A stretch of DNA of 64,000 bases, from NCBI GenBank assembly GCA_036676395.1, contig JAKFCY010000002.1, positions 416,001 through 480,000 on the forward strand. Reading direction: 5' to 3'. The notes below the pieces were generated by a model. It ran no database searches. It was not told the origin of the DNA and saw nothing but the letters and a program-made list of their open reading frames with translations. The translations under genes and the position numbers were made by a program. The stretch comes from Bdellovibrio sp. (GTDB lineage Bacteria; Bdellovibrionota; Bdellovibrionia; Bdellovibrionales; Bdellovibrionaceae). Positions 8,961-17,745 of this stretch are shown piece after piece (positions within the stretch are counted from its first letter, which is position 1; each line of letters opens with the position of its first letter).

Positions 8961-9407
8961 TTAAAGTAAAGTTGCGCAGTTTGATTTTAAATAGCGTCCT
9001 TTTTCAGGAAAACGAAAAAGTTTCGCCATTTTTTCACAGGTCGCTTTTTTCATGCTCGCTTCAAATTGCGAGTAGCAGTTAAATAAAGCAGCATCATGAT
9101 TTTCTGCATCGGTGAATAAACGTGCTTTGCCGACACAAGAATTTAAATTCGGAAATTCTGAAATATGATAAAAACAGTAAGAGCGTACATTTTCTTTAAG
9201 GTAGTTTGATTTAATGGCCTTAGCCTGGTCAAAGCAGCTGGCAAGAGTCATGTGTTTTGATGTCTTGCCTAAACACGCCTGAATCTCGTTAGGCTGATCA
9301 TCTAGACACTTTTCTAAAGAAGTGATGCTAGCAAACCCTGTCGTTAATAACATGACTGTGGTCAGGATAACGGTTGATAGGGCGGTCTTAATATTACGGT
9401 AATTCAT
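8961..9407 (-). CDS. Secreted cysteine-rich repeat protein, unknown function
   Basis: Signal peptide, 8 Cys, three 33-aa repeats. Start uncertain (9407, 9419 or 9461). Confidence 0.7.
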   Translation of the reverse strand: MNYRNIKTALSTVILTTVMLLTTGFASITSLEKCLDDQPNEIQACLGKTSKHMTLASCFDQAKAIKSNYLKENVRSYCFYHISEFPNLNSCVGKARLFTDAENHDAALFNCYSQFEASMKKATCEKMAKLFRFPEKGRYLKSNCATLL

Positions 9408-9602
9408 TACGTCCAACATACTTTGGGATTTTGCATGAAACGTTCCATGTTGAAACAGCATTAGTTGCTTATGGGCGTTTTAACCGTAGTAGGGCTTTAG
9501 ACAGTGGCCAAGAATTGTCAGTCACAGTGTTAAATATTTACGCCAAATCAAATATATTAGATTTAGCTGTGAATGTGCCTATTTTTTGAGTATTACAGAG
9601 GC

Positions 9603-10763
9603 ATGAGCACAGTTGTTAGAAGCCTTTTGGCGTTATTTACCATTTCATTTCTTATGATCTCGTTGGCTGAAGCCAAAGGGGAAAAATCCACGCTTTCGTT
9701 GCTGGCAAGAACTTCTTCTGAGGCATTTCAGAACTTTGAAAAAGACGGCCTCAATAATTCGCAAGTCGCTTTAGATTATTTATTTTTAAAACTTGAGAAA
9801 AAACAAAACTTTCAATTACTAACCGACAAAGAATTAGAAATACTGCAGTTCGATGTCATCACTCAAAAAGTTTTATCTTTTTTAAATCGTTCGAATTTAG
9901 CATTTAATCTTCCGATCAATTATAAACTGCGTAAACAAATGCAGTTTGAATTCTATGGTTTAAGCCAGGCGATCAAAAAAGCTAATGAATTAAATCTAAC
10001 AGTGCAATCAGAGCACTTTGATAAATTGCACGATATGTTAATGGGACAAAGTTCTGGTCTTTTTTATACGTCGGCTAAAGATAAGAAAAAAACCGATTTA
10101 TTTTTAACAGCTTATTATTTGCACGAACTTGAATATCCCATGGATATGACAGCTCGCCATTTAGAGGCTTTAAAGAAAACCTCTAAATGGAATTTTAATA
10201 CGAAGTTATATGCTTCAAAAATTGCGCGTTTGTCTTTACAAGGAGGAGTGCAGTTAAATAAGTTAACTTCAAAGCAAACTGATAGCCTGTACGAAGCAAG
10301 TCTTTTGACTCCGTTAGGCGAAGCAGCCAAGCTGAACATCCAAAAAATTTACTTAAAACAACTGCAAATGATCGGTGACCAAGAAAAAATTCTACAAGTG
10401 AAACGCGAGCTAGCATCATCAATTCTATGGCAAGAAGCTAGAAATGTGTTCTCGCATCCAACAGGCATTTTTAAATTTATTCAGTTTTGTGTAGGATATG
10501 TATTTATCGCTTGGCCGCTGGAAGTGATTATGATTTTAGTTTCACTTGTGATTTTTGGATTTCAGGCTTCGACGGTATTGTCACCTGAAGAAAAAGTAAA
10601 AAAGAACTTCGGAAAAAAATTATGGTTAGTGTTTCAGAAAGCGTATCTTGGAAGTAACGTGCCCTTTTTTACTAAACTTGCGGCATCGTTGATTTTATTC
10701 GGAGTAGGTCTCTACTTCAATTCTGCGAAGAATTTCGTAGAGACCATGATAACAAATTTTTAA
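9603..10763 (+). CDS. Hypothetical exported protein with C-terminal TM segments
   Basis: Long ORF; ATG 9603 preceded by GAGG; signal peptide and hydrophobic C-terminus. Confidence 0.75.
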   Translation: MSTVVRSLLALFTISFLMISLAEAKGEKSTLSLLARTSSEAFQNFEKDGLNNSQVALDYLFLKLEKKQNFQLLTDKELEILQFDVITQKVLSFLNRSNLAFNLPINYKLRKQMQFEFYGLSQAIKKANELNLTVQSEHFDKLHDMLMGQSSGLFYTSAKDKKKTDLFLTAYYLHELEYPMDMTARHLEALKKTSKWNFNTKLYASKIARLSLQGGVQLNKLTSKQTDSLYEASLLTPLGEAAKLNIQKIYLKQLQMIGDQEKILQVKRELASSILWQEARNVFSHPTGIFKFIQFCVGYVFIAWPLEVIMILVSLVIFGFQASTVLSPEEKVKKNFGKKLWLVFQKAYLGSNVPFFTKLAASLILFGVGLYFNSAKNFVETMITNF

Positions 10764-12037
10764 GGAGTCGGCGTTGGGCTAATGGGCCCGATGCTTACAG
10801 CAATAGTACGGTATGGGTTATCTGCATAGTCTAATAAGTATAAGCAAGGCTCAACATTCTTGTTAAATACCGGTTGAATCACTCCTGCTCCTGGATAGAA
10901 CCCGCCGCCACCAAAGCCTCCTGAGTTTGCAGAAGGATCTAATTCAAATGTGAATGCGAAAATCTTGTGTTCGCCGTAAGCCCAATCAGTAGTATCGCCG
11001 CTGGCGATATAAAGATCAGAAGCTTGTTGTGGTGCGTACTTGTTCCATTCAGCCATTTTTTTGGCCATCGTTTCATGAACTTTTAAATCATTACCCGTTT
11101 CGATGCTGTCATATTTGTGACCCCATGGATAAAGAATCAACTGCGAATACGTATGAAACGAAAGTAAGATTGAAATGTTCGTGTGAGCTTCAACGTAATT
11201 TTTAATATTCAGAGTTTCTGGCTCAGAGAATGGTTTTGTTCCCATATAGGTGTCGTTGTTCGGATTCGTTGAAGAACCGCCAGTGCCCCATTTAAAACTA
11301 TAATTACGATTTAAATCTGTACCGAAAGTTCCGTTAGCATTCTTTGAACGGTTTTTTCTCCACATCTTGTAGCTGCCATCCTGAATGTCGTATTCAGCAC
11401 CATCCGGATTTACCATAGGAACGATATGGATATCACGGTTATTCATTAAGCCAACAATACGCTCGTTGCCAGCTTTATATTGAGCTACCAAATACTGCGC
11501 TAACATCAATGGCATTTCCATTGATAAATGTTCGCGGGCATGATGTCCACCCATGTAGATGACTGCTGGCTTTTCTGAGGCGTGTGATTGGTCAGCGCCT
11601 AAGCGCAGAACCCATGTTTCGCGGCCTTCAGTTGATTTACCAATTGAACTCATTGTAACTAATGTTGGATTTTCATTAGCCAGTTTAGTTAGTTCAGCCG
11701 TCATCTCAGTGTAGTTATGATAAGCTGAATCTTTTTGCGGAAAATCTTTTCCACCAAAGCGTACTTCATCGGCTAAGTTTGAATAAGAAATTAACCAGCC
11801 TAGTTTTTGAATTTTCTTTAAATCATCGTCGTTACCAAAAGCTACGACATAATCGTCTTTCGCATTTTCGATGCCGACGATGTTAGCGATGACCGAGCGC
11901 TCGAATTTATCTTTAGCGCGGATTTTCATCCAGTAACGTTGGTTTGAAGTTGATTGCGCGAATTGCACAACAGAAACTGCGATTAAAATCACAGCGGCTA
12001 ACAACGCCGATTTTTTGATGTTGAACTTGACTGACAT
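10760..12037 (-). CDS. Secreted M14 zinc carboxypeptidase (carboxypeptidase T-like)
   Basis: HHAREH, WRKNR, DLNRNY, SFHTY and FTFEL motifs; signal peptide and propeptide. Confidence 0.93.
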   Translation of the reverse strand: MSVKFNIKKSALLAAVILIAVSVVQFAQSTSNQRYWMKIRAKDKFERSVIANIVGIENAKDDYVVAFGNDDDLKKIQKLGWLISYSNLADEVRFGGKDFPQKDSAYHNYTEMTAELTKLANENPTLVTMSSIGKSTEGRETWVLRLGADQSHASEKPAVIYMGGHHAREHLSMEMPLMLAQYLVAQYKAGNERIVGLMNNRDIHIVPMVNPDGAEYDIQDGSYKMWRKNRSKNANGTFGTDLNRNYSFKWGTGGSSTNPNNDTYMGTKPFSEPETLNIKNYVEAHTNISILLSFHTYSQLILYPWGHKYDSIETGNDLKVHETMAKKMAEWNKYAPQQASDLYIASGDTTDWAYGEHKIFAFTFELDPSANSGGFGGGGFYPGAGVIQPVFNKNVEPCLYLLDYADNPYRTIAVSIGPISPTPTP

Positions 12038-12125
12038 TATGATCCCTTCCGTGGGTGATAATAGTTAGTTTGTTTATAAACTTAACTATTACGGTAGCAC
12101 GAAAGTCCTGCCTGTCTAGTAAACA

Positions 12126-12461
12126 TTAGTTTGATTGGTTAGAAAAAAGAATATGCGTCAGTTTATCCTGAAGTTCTTCACGCTTTAAAAACGTGACGCC
12201 AACACCTAGACCTTTGGCCCAGATGACCTCACAGTCCACAACATGAACTCTATTTAAACTGCGTAAATTAATTGTGACGCGAGCAATGTCGCCTTTTTTC
12301 ACGACGAAATTTGGGCTTAATACCTCGAAAAAGGCGCCAGAAGCAGAAAGGTTTCCCATCTTAGTAAAGATTTTTCCACCCTTACCATAGATTTCTATGT
12401 GAGCTAATTCTTGTGTGACAAAGCGGCGGGCGACTTGTTGATTTGTATTTTGATTATTCAT
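12126..12461 (-). CDS. Single-domain PilZ protein
   Basis: NLSASG (D/NxSxxG) motif and C-terminal GVGVTF; ATG 12461 preceded by GGAG. Confidence 0.8.
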   Translation of the reverse strand: MNNQNTNQQVARRFVTQELAHIEIYGKGGKIFTKMGNLSASGAFFEVLSPNFVVKKGDIARVTINLRSLNRVHVVDCEVIWAKGLGVGVTFLKREELQDKLTHILFSNQSN

Positions 12462-12495
12462 AACTGCTCCCAATGACCGAATACGTATATAGTTT

Positions 12496-12523
12496 AAATC
12501 GGTTTTTCTAAGAGCAATATTTA
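12496..12523 (-). promoter_or_regulatory. Sigma28-like promoter of the PilZ gene
   Basis: Minus strand TAAA-N16-ACCGATTT. Confidence 0.5.
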
Positions 12524-12549
12524 ATTTTTTTTATTGTAACAATCGTCAA

Positions 12550-13047
12550 TTATTTCGACGTTTTTTGCCAAATTTCATAAGCTAGACCGGGATGAACCTC
12601 AGACATTTGGCGATTTCGCAAAGAAAACCCTTCATTAAAATTATCAGGATAAAACGTATCACCCTCAAACTGGCCTGGGATGCGCGTTACATAGAGCAGG
12701 TCGCATTGTGTGCGTGTTTGCTTATAGATCTCGGCGCCGCCAACAACCATGACTTCTTCGGGGTATTCGCCTATTTTAGTTTTAGCAAATTCGATGGCTT
12801 CTTCAATCGTCTGTACGAAATGAACATTCGGAAATTCAGATTTAAGCGGAGTGCGTGAAATCACAATGTGAAATCTTTTTGGCAGTGGTTTACCCAATGA
12901 ATCGTAAGTTTTACGACCCATGATCATGATTTTACCCAAGGTTTGAGCCTTGAAGTATTTTAAATCTTCAGGAAAGTGCCACAGAAGCTTGTTGTCTTTA
13001 CCAATGGCAAAGTTTTCAGATGTGGCAACGATTTGCGATAAGATCAT
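12550..13047 (-). CDS. folA: Dihydrofolate reductase
   Basis: IGKDNKLLW, MGRKT, GGAEIY, GDTFYP; 1-nt overlap with thyA. Confidence 0.97.
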   Translation of the reverse strand: MILSQIVATSENFAIGKDNKLLWHFPEDLKYFKAQTLGKIMIMGRKTYDSLGKPLPKRFHIVISRTPLKSEFPNVHFVQTIEEAIEFAKTKIGEYPEEVMVVGGAEIYKQTRTQCDLLYVTRIPGQFEGDTFYPDNFNEGFSLRNRQMSEVHPGLAYEIWQKTSK

Positions 13048-13841
13048 TAAATGGCAACCTCGCCCTTAATAGCAGGGTGTGGATCATAGCCAACGATTTC
13101 GATGTCTTCGTATTTAAAATCAAAAATACTTTTTACATTAGGATTTAATTTTAATTTCGGAAGCGGTCTGCATTCGCGCGACAATTGTAATTTCACCTGG
13201 TCTAAATGATTTGAATAAATATGAGCATCACCTAAAGTGTGAATAAATTCTCCCACTTCAAGATTACAAACTTGCGCCACCATATGAACTAAAAGCGCGT
13301 AACTTGCGATATTGAACGGAACACCTAAAAAGATATCTGCACTTCGTTGGTAAAGCTGACAAGAAAGTTTTCCGTCGGCCACATAAAATTGAAAAAAGGC
13401 ATGGCAAGGTGGTAAAGCCATTTTGTTAATATCAGCAGGGTTGAATGCCACAACTAACAAACGGCGAGAATCCGGATTTTTTTTGATTTCTTCAATTACA
13501 TTACTGAATTGATCAATTGTTGTTCCGTCAGCGCCTTCCCATGAACGCCATTGTTTGCCGTACACGGGGCCTAGATCGCCGTTTTCGTCAGCCCATTCAT
13601 CCCAGATAGAAACTTTGTTGTCTTTTAAGTATTTGATATTTGTTTCGCCTTTGATGAACCATAATAGTTCATGAAAGATCGAACGGGTGTGAAGTTTTTT
13701 AGTGGTTAAAAGAGGAAAACCTTTTTGCAGGTCGAAACGCATTTGGTAACCAAACACACTAATAGTGCCTGTGCCTGTGCGGTCTGATTTTACTGTGCCT
13801 TCAGTTAAGACGTGACGTAGAAGATCGTGGTATTGTTTCAT
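13047..13841 (-). CDS. thyA: Thymidylate synthase
   Basis: DRTGTGT, MALPPCH, YQRSAD, PFNIASY. Confidence 0.98.
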   Translation of the reverse strand: MKQYHDLLRHVLTEGTVKSDRTGTGTISVFGYQMRFDLQKGFPLLTTKKLHTRSIFHELLWFIKGETNIKYLKDNKVSIWDEWADENGDLGPVYGKQWRSWEGADGTTIDQFSNVIEEIKKNPDSRRLLVVAFNPADINKMALPPCHAFFQFYVADGKLSCQLYQRSADIFLGVPFNIASYALLVHMVAQVCNLEVGEFIHTLGDAHIYSNHLDQVKLQLSRECRPLPKLKLNPNVKSIFDFKYEDIEIVGYDPHPAIKGEVAI

Positions 13842-13874
13842 CGGGATAACCTCTCTTGTATGAAATTATCCGTG

Positions 13875-13912
13875 AAAACTAGCGCTGCTGTCGAGAAGAC
13901 CGCAACGCACTA
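13875..13912 (-). terminator. Probable intrinsic terminator after the upp-hpt-orf unit
   Basis: Minus strand GCGUUGC..GUC/GAC..GCAGCGC hairpin followed by UAGUUUU. Confidence 0.45.
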
Positions 13913-13922
13913 TTAAAAAAAA

Positions 13923-14147
13923 TTACTTATTTTTTTTATCTTTCTTTTTAAGCTTTTTCGCACGGACTGCGGCTTTGCTGACCGCTGCTGTTTGCTCAGT
14001 CGTAGGTTTTACGATTGTGCCTTTAATATCTTCAACTTTTTCCTTAACTTCTTCGTTCGGTTGTTGAGGAGCTGTAGCCACAGGCGGATCAACAGCTAAA
14101 GCGGATACGGAAAATGCTAAAACAAGAGCTGATATAAATAATTTCAT
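13923..14147 (-). CDS. Small exported protein with a Lys-rich C-terminal tail
   Basis: Clear signal peptide (ALA-V), GGAG RBS, 9 nt after hpt. Confidence 0.7.
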   Translation of the reverse strand: MKLFISALVLAFSVSALAVDPPVATAPQQPNEEVKEKVEDIKGTIVKPTTEQTAAVSKAAVRAKKLKKKDKKNK

Positions 14148-14156
14148 ACGGATCTC

Positions 14157-14693
14157 CTATTGAAAATTTTGAACTTGAGCAATGTATGGAAGATTACGGT
14201 AGTAACCTTGGTAATCTAAACCGTAACCAACAACGAATTCGTTCGTGATTTGGAAGCCAACGTAATCAAGTTTACATGGAACTTTTAAGGCTTCAGGTTT
14301 TTCTAGTAAAGTCACTGTCGTCACAGAAGCTGGGTTACGTGATTCGATAGATTTTTTTAAGTAATTCATTGTTAGACCCGTATCAACGATGTCTTCAACT
14401 AAAATCACGTGTACGCCTTCGATCGGGCTTGAAAGATCTAAAGTCACTTTCACTTCGCCAGAAGAAGTCGTTCCGCCGTGGTAGCTTGATACCCCGAAAA
14501 ATTCACACGTGATATCAGTGTTAATTTGACGAATTAAATCAGAGTAAAATAAAAATGAACCTTTTAGAACACAAACTGCGACAACTTTTTGGCCTTTAAA
14601 CTTCGCCGTTAATTGTTCGCCGATTTGTTTTACTTTCTCTTGGATTTTTTCTTCAGAGATATAAGATTTTAGATTTAAGCTCTTTGGATTCAT
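14157..14693 (-). CDS. hpt: Hypoxanthine phosphoribosyltransferase
   Basis: VLKGS, VEDIVDTGLT, FVVGYGLDY. Confidence 0.96.
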   Translation of the reverse strand: MNPKSLNLKSYISEEKIQEKVKQIGEQLTAKFKGQKVVAVCVLKGSFLFYSDLIRQINTDITCEFFGVSSYHGGTTSSGEVKVTLDLSSPIEGVHVILVEDIVDTGLTMNYLKKSIESRNPASVTTVTLLEKPEALKVPCKLDYVGFQITNEFVVGYGLDYQGYYRNLPYIAQVQNFQ

Positions 14694-14702
14694 GCGCAGT
14701 CC

Positions 14703-15461
14703 TCACACAAAAGAATTATTTAATAACTCACCAAGGCCACCGGCCCCAGGAATAATGTATTGCTTGTCATTCAACCCTTTTTCTTGGCCCCAGTAAAGGC
14801 CTAAAGGTGATTTTAAGACGTGCGCCGGGGATAAACCGCGGTCTACGCGCAGAGCAAAAACCTGCAATGGGGCTTTAATAGATTGAATTCTTTTTAAGTA
14901 CTCAGGAGTCACAATCAAGTGCAGGGCGATAAAGCTTTTAGCCGGACCTTGCACTTCATTGCGGTAGTACTCGATAGCCGTTTCGATAGTTCCACCGGTA
15001 GCTCCCATCGGATCCGGAAATAACACATAACTGTTTTCAATGCTCCCGCCGATTTTAAAGCTACCTAGGTTCGTTCCTGTCACGGTTTGGCTAGAGTCAG
15101 TAGTGCGGGCCGCAAAGATATGATCTTGTCTTACGTTTTCAGCATTTAAGAACCAATGTAGATATTCATAGCAAATATGACTTGGGTAAGTGCCGGCACG
15201 GGCTAAATTTACCGTTACAGCTTTTGTATCAGAAGCCAACGTTTCAGCCGTTAGAGTTTCACCCATACGGGTTTTAACTTCGGCTTTAGTTTTTGGAAAT
15301 AGTGCGTTGGCCGTATGTACAATTAAACCGTTATAGATCAGTTGCACTAAACGATTAATTTGCGGCTGCGCGGTTTTGGCTTGGCAAAGTTCAGTCAATA
15401 AAGTTTGTAAAAATGGGTCATCGATTAAATGAAAATTGGGGCCATAGTGATGTTCTTGCAT
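14703..15461 (-). CDS. upp: Uracil phosphoribosyltransferase
   Basis: LARAG, DPMGATGGT (PRPP site), LNDKQYIIPGAG. Confidence 0.85.
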   Translation of the reverse strand: MQEHHYGPNFHLIDDPFLQTLLTELCQAKTAQPQINRLVQLIYNGLIVHTANALFPKTKAEVKTRMGETLTAETLASDTKAVTVNLARAGTYPSHICYEYLHWFLNAENVRQDHIFAARTTDSSQTVTGTNLGSFKIGGSIENSYVLFPDPMGATGGTIETAIEYYRNEVQGPAKSFIALHLIVTPEYLKRIQSIKAPLQVFALRVDRGLSPAHVLKSPLGLYWGQEKGLNDKQYIIPGAGGLGELLNNSFV

Positions 15462-15470
15462 GTAAATTAA

Positions 15471-16406
15471 TTACTGCAGTTCAACGATGATGGCAAAAGT
15501 TGTTTTTTGATTACGGTAGTCAGGCGATTTTAGAATTCTGAACGGAGACATATTAGCTAAATCGTTTTCGAATTCAAAATAGGTTAACAGGGGATGCCCT
15601 GCGATATATAAACGCTCACCTTTGCGCAAAGTGAATTCCAGCGGAATTTGCAAACTGTCGTTGGGATGAATTTTGTTCAGTTGCAAGCGTATTGAATAGG
15701 TATTTTCATTGATTGCGATAAGGGTCATGCTGATATTGAAACCGCGGTTAGCTGTGCCGTAGTTTTTTCTGGCGATTTGGTTAAGTTCAAGCAACATGCT
15801 ATCTGCAGATGCTTTTTGCGCTGGCGAATCAGCAGAGGCCGGTTCAATAAAAATTTTAATTTCACTATCTTGAATGATTGAATTGGCTGCGAAAGCTTTT
15901 TGCATCACCGAATTAATGTAATCATTATCAGATTCAGTCATTTGTACGGCGACCGAAACATTCTGTGTTGCTGAAACAGGAATTAATCCTTGTGTCGTCG
16001 GCGAAGCTGGTGCCGTAGCAGTAGCTTCGGTCGGGGTGGGATCTGCTTCGCCTGTTCGGGCGGCCCAAGTGTTGGCGGCGGCAGGGGGAGCTTCAAAATC
16101 TGCAGCGTCTTTTGCTATTCCAGCTTCAGTGTTTTGTGCCGTCGTCGTTGGTTGTGTGTTTGGAATCACCGAAGCAAAACGATTAATCCGTTGAATCCAC
16201 TGTTGCGGTCGATCAGTGCGGATTACAAACCACGTTACGCCAACGCCTAAAATAATAACCATGATGAATTGAAACAACCCGCTTTTTGCTAATTTAGTTA
16301 AGATTGGTTCTTCTTTGGGTTTAAACGCAAGCATATCCACACCGCAACTGGCGCAGTATTGATCTTGGGGTTGTCTAAAATGGCAGCGTGGACATTCTAC
16401 AAGCAC
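15471..16406 (-). CDS. Hypothetical membrane protein: N-terminal zinc ribbon, TM, Pro/Thr/Ala linker, periplasmic domain
   Basis: CPRC...CASC at the N-terminus, one TM helix, low-complexity linker; GTG start. Confidence 0.75.
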   Translation of the reverse strand: MLVECPRCHFRQPQDQYCASCGVDMLAFKPKEEPILTKLAKSGLFQFIMVIILGVGVTWFVIRTDRPQQWIQRINRFASVIPNTQPTTTAQNTEAGIAKDAADFEAPPAAANTWAARTGEADPTPTEATATAPASPTTQGLIPVSATQNVSVAVQMTESDNDYINSVMQKAFAANSIIQDSEIKIFIEPASADSPAQKASADSMLLELNQIARKNYGTANRGFNISMTLIAINENTYSIRLQLNKIHPNDSLQIPLEFTLRKGERLYIAGHPLLTYFEFENDLANMSPFRILKSPDYRNQKTTFAIIVELQ

Positions 16407-16429
16407 GCCATAGTTTAATGTATTCTGTC

Positions 16430-16458
16430 TTGACCGACAAATAAGCGAATTTTACACT
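16430..16458 (+). promoter_or_regulatory. Sigma70-like promoter of rsmH-ftsL-ftsI
   Basis: TTGACC-N17-TACACT. Confidence 0.6.
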
Positions 16459-16488
16459 CAGGCCCAAAGTCTGGGTAAAGGGGTTATT

Positions 16489-17406
16489 TTGCATCATCAT
16501 GTGCCGGTTTTAGCAGAAGAAGTGATTGCGGCGTTCGATTCATTGAAATCGAAGAATGATCTATCGTATTTTGATGGCACATTCGGGCGTGGTGGACATT
16601 ACAAATTATTAAAAGATAACTATAACATTTCAAAAGCCGTTGCCACCGATCAGGATTTGCAAGCCATCGCTTTTGCTAAAGAAAATTTTCCTGAAGTGAT
16701 AATTCACCATACCAATTTTAATACCTTCGCAGAAACCAATACCGAAAAATTCGACATGATGTTAGCCGATCTTGGTGTAAGTTCGCCGCAACTTGATCAG
16801 GCCGATCGCGGATTTAGTTTTAATAAAGATGGTCCGCTAGATATGCGCATGAATCAAAATCAAAACATGACAGCCGCGCGAATCATCAATGAATTCACTG
16901 AAGATGATTTATTTAAACTTTTTCGCGAGTTCGGCGAAATTCAAAATCCCGCACGCGTGATTAGGGCTATCGTCGAGGATAGAAAAACAACGCCTTTCAC
17001 AACTACGATGCAACTATCTGGATTGATTGAAAGAGTTGATGGCTGGCATAAGAAGGGCTTCAATCCGGCCACTCAATATTTCATGGCCTTAAGACTAGTG
17101 GTGAATCAGGAATTACATGTTGTTGAAGAAGGCATTAAGCAGTTGATGCTGCAGTTAACTGACGGCGGTCGCTTAGCTGTAATTTCTTTTCACTCGCTTG
17201 AAGATCGCATAATTAAAAACTTATTTAAGGACTCAGATCTAGGTTTTTCTGTGAACAAAAAAGTCATTGTTCCCTCTGAAGAAGAGTGCAAAACTAATCC
17301 TAGGGCGCGGAGCGCCAAATTGCGGATCTTTCAAAAAGGTCCACAGCCGGAGAAGCCGGACAAGTTTGCGTTACGCAGAATGCAACGCGAACAGAACGAC
17401 AACTAG
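16489..17406 (+). CDS. rsmH: 16S rRNA m4C1402 methyltransferase
   Basis: HVPVL, DGTFGRGGH, DLGVSSPQLD, ISFHSLEDR, NPRARSAKLR; TTG start. Confidence 0.97.
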   Translation: MHHHVPVLAEEVIAAFDSLKSKNDLSYFDGTFGRGGHYKLLKDNYNISKAVATDQDLQAIAFAKENFPEVIIHHTNFNTFAETNTEKFDMMLADLGVSSPQLDQADRGFSFNKDGPLDMRMNQNQNMTAARIINEFTEDDLFKLFREFGEIQNPARVIRAIVEDRKTTPFTTTMQLSGLIERVDGWHKKGFNPATQYFMALRLVVNQELHVVEEGIKQLMLQLTDGGRLAVISFHSLEDRIIKNLFKDSDLGFSVNKKVIVPSEEECKTNPRARSAKLRIFQKGPQPEKPDKFALRRMQREQNDN

Positions 17407-17427
17407 ATTTGCATAAAGAGGTCAAGG

Positions 17428-17745
17428 ATGAGCTCAGAGCATGTAAGGCAGTTAAAGCCTTTTTTAAGCGTGTTTTTTGTTATTTCAACATTGTTCACAG
17501 TAGTTTTCTTAAAAATGGAAGAGCGACGTATGTCTTACGTTGTTTTGAAAAACACCCGCGAATTCAAAAAAAATAAAGAAATGAAAAAGCAAAAAGAAAT
17601 TCAACTGGCGAAGTTGACGCGCCCGCAGTTAGTTGAAAATACCGCGAAACAAAGGCTTACGTTAAAACGCGCCACACAAGCTCAGATCATTCATTTAAAT
17701 CCATCAGTATCACTAAGCTATTTAAATAAAGAGGGGCGTCCTTGA
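17428..17745 (+). CDS. ftsL: Cell division protein FtsL-like
   Basis: Small bitopic coiled-coil protein between rsmH and ftsI; called mainly from position. Confidence 0.7.
   Translation: MSSEHVRQLKPFLSVFFVISTLFTVVFLKMEERRMSYVVLKNTREFKKNKEMKKQKEIQLAKLTRPQLVENTAKQRLTLKRATQAQIIHLNPSVSLSYLNKEGRP

Noticed and set aside
9441..9457. parS site
   Set aside because: The half-sites are separated by 3 nt rather than the 2 nt of the 16-bp parS consensus; treated as a separate motif.
13842..13922. Folate-related riboswitch upstream of thyA-folA
   Set aside because: A single hairpin followed by a U-run fits a terminator of the upstream unit, and the region is too short for a THF aptamer.
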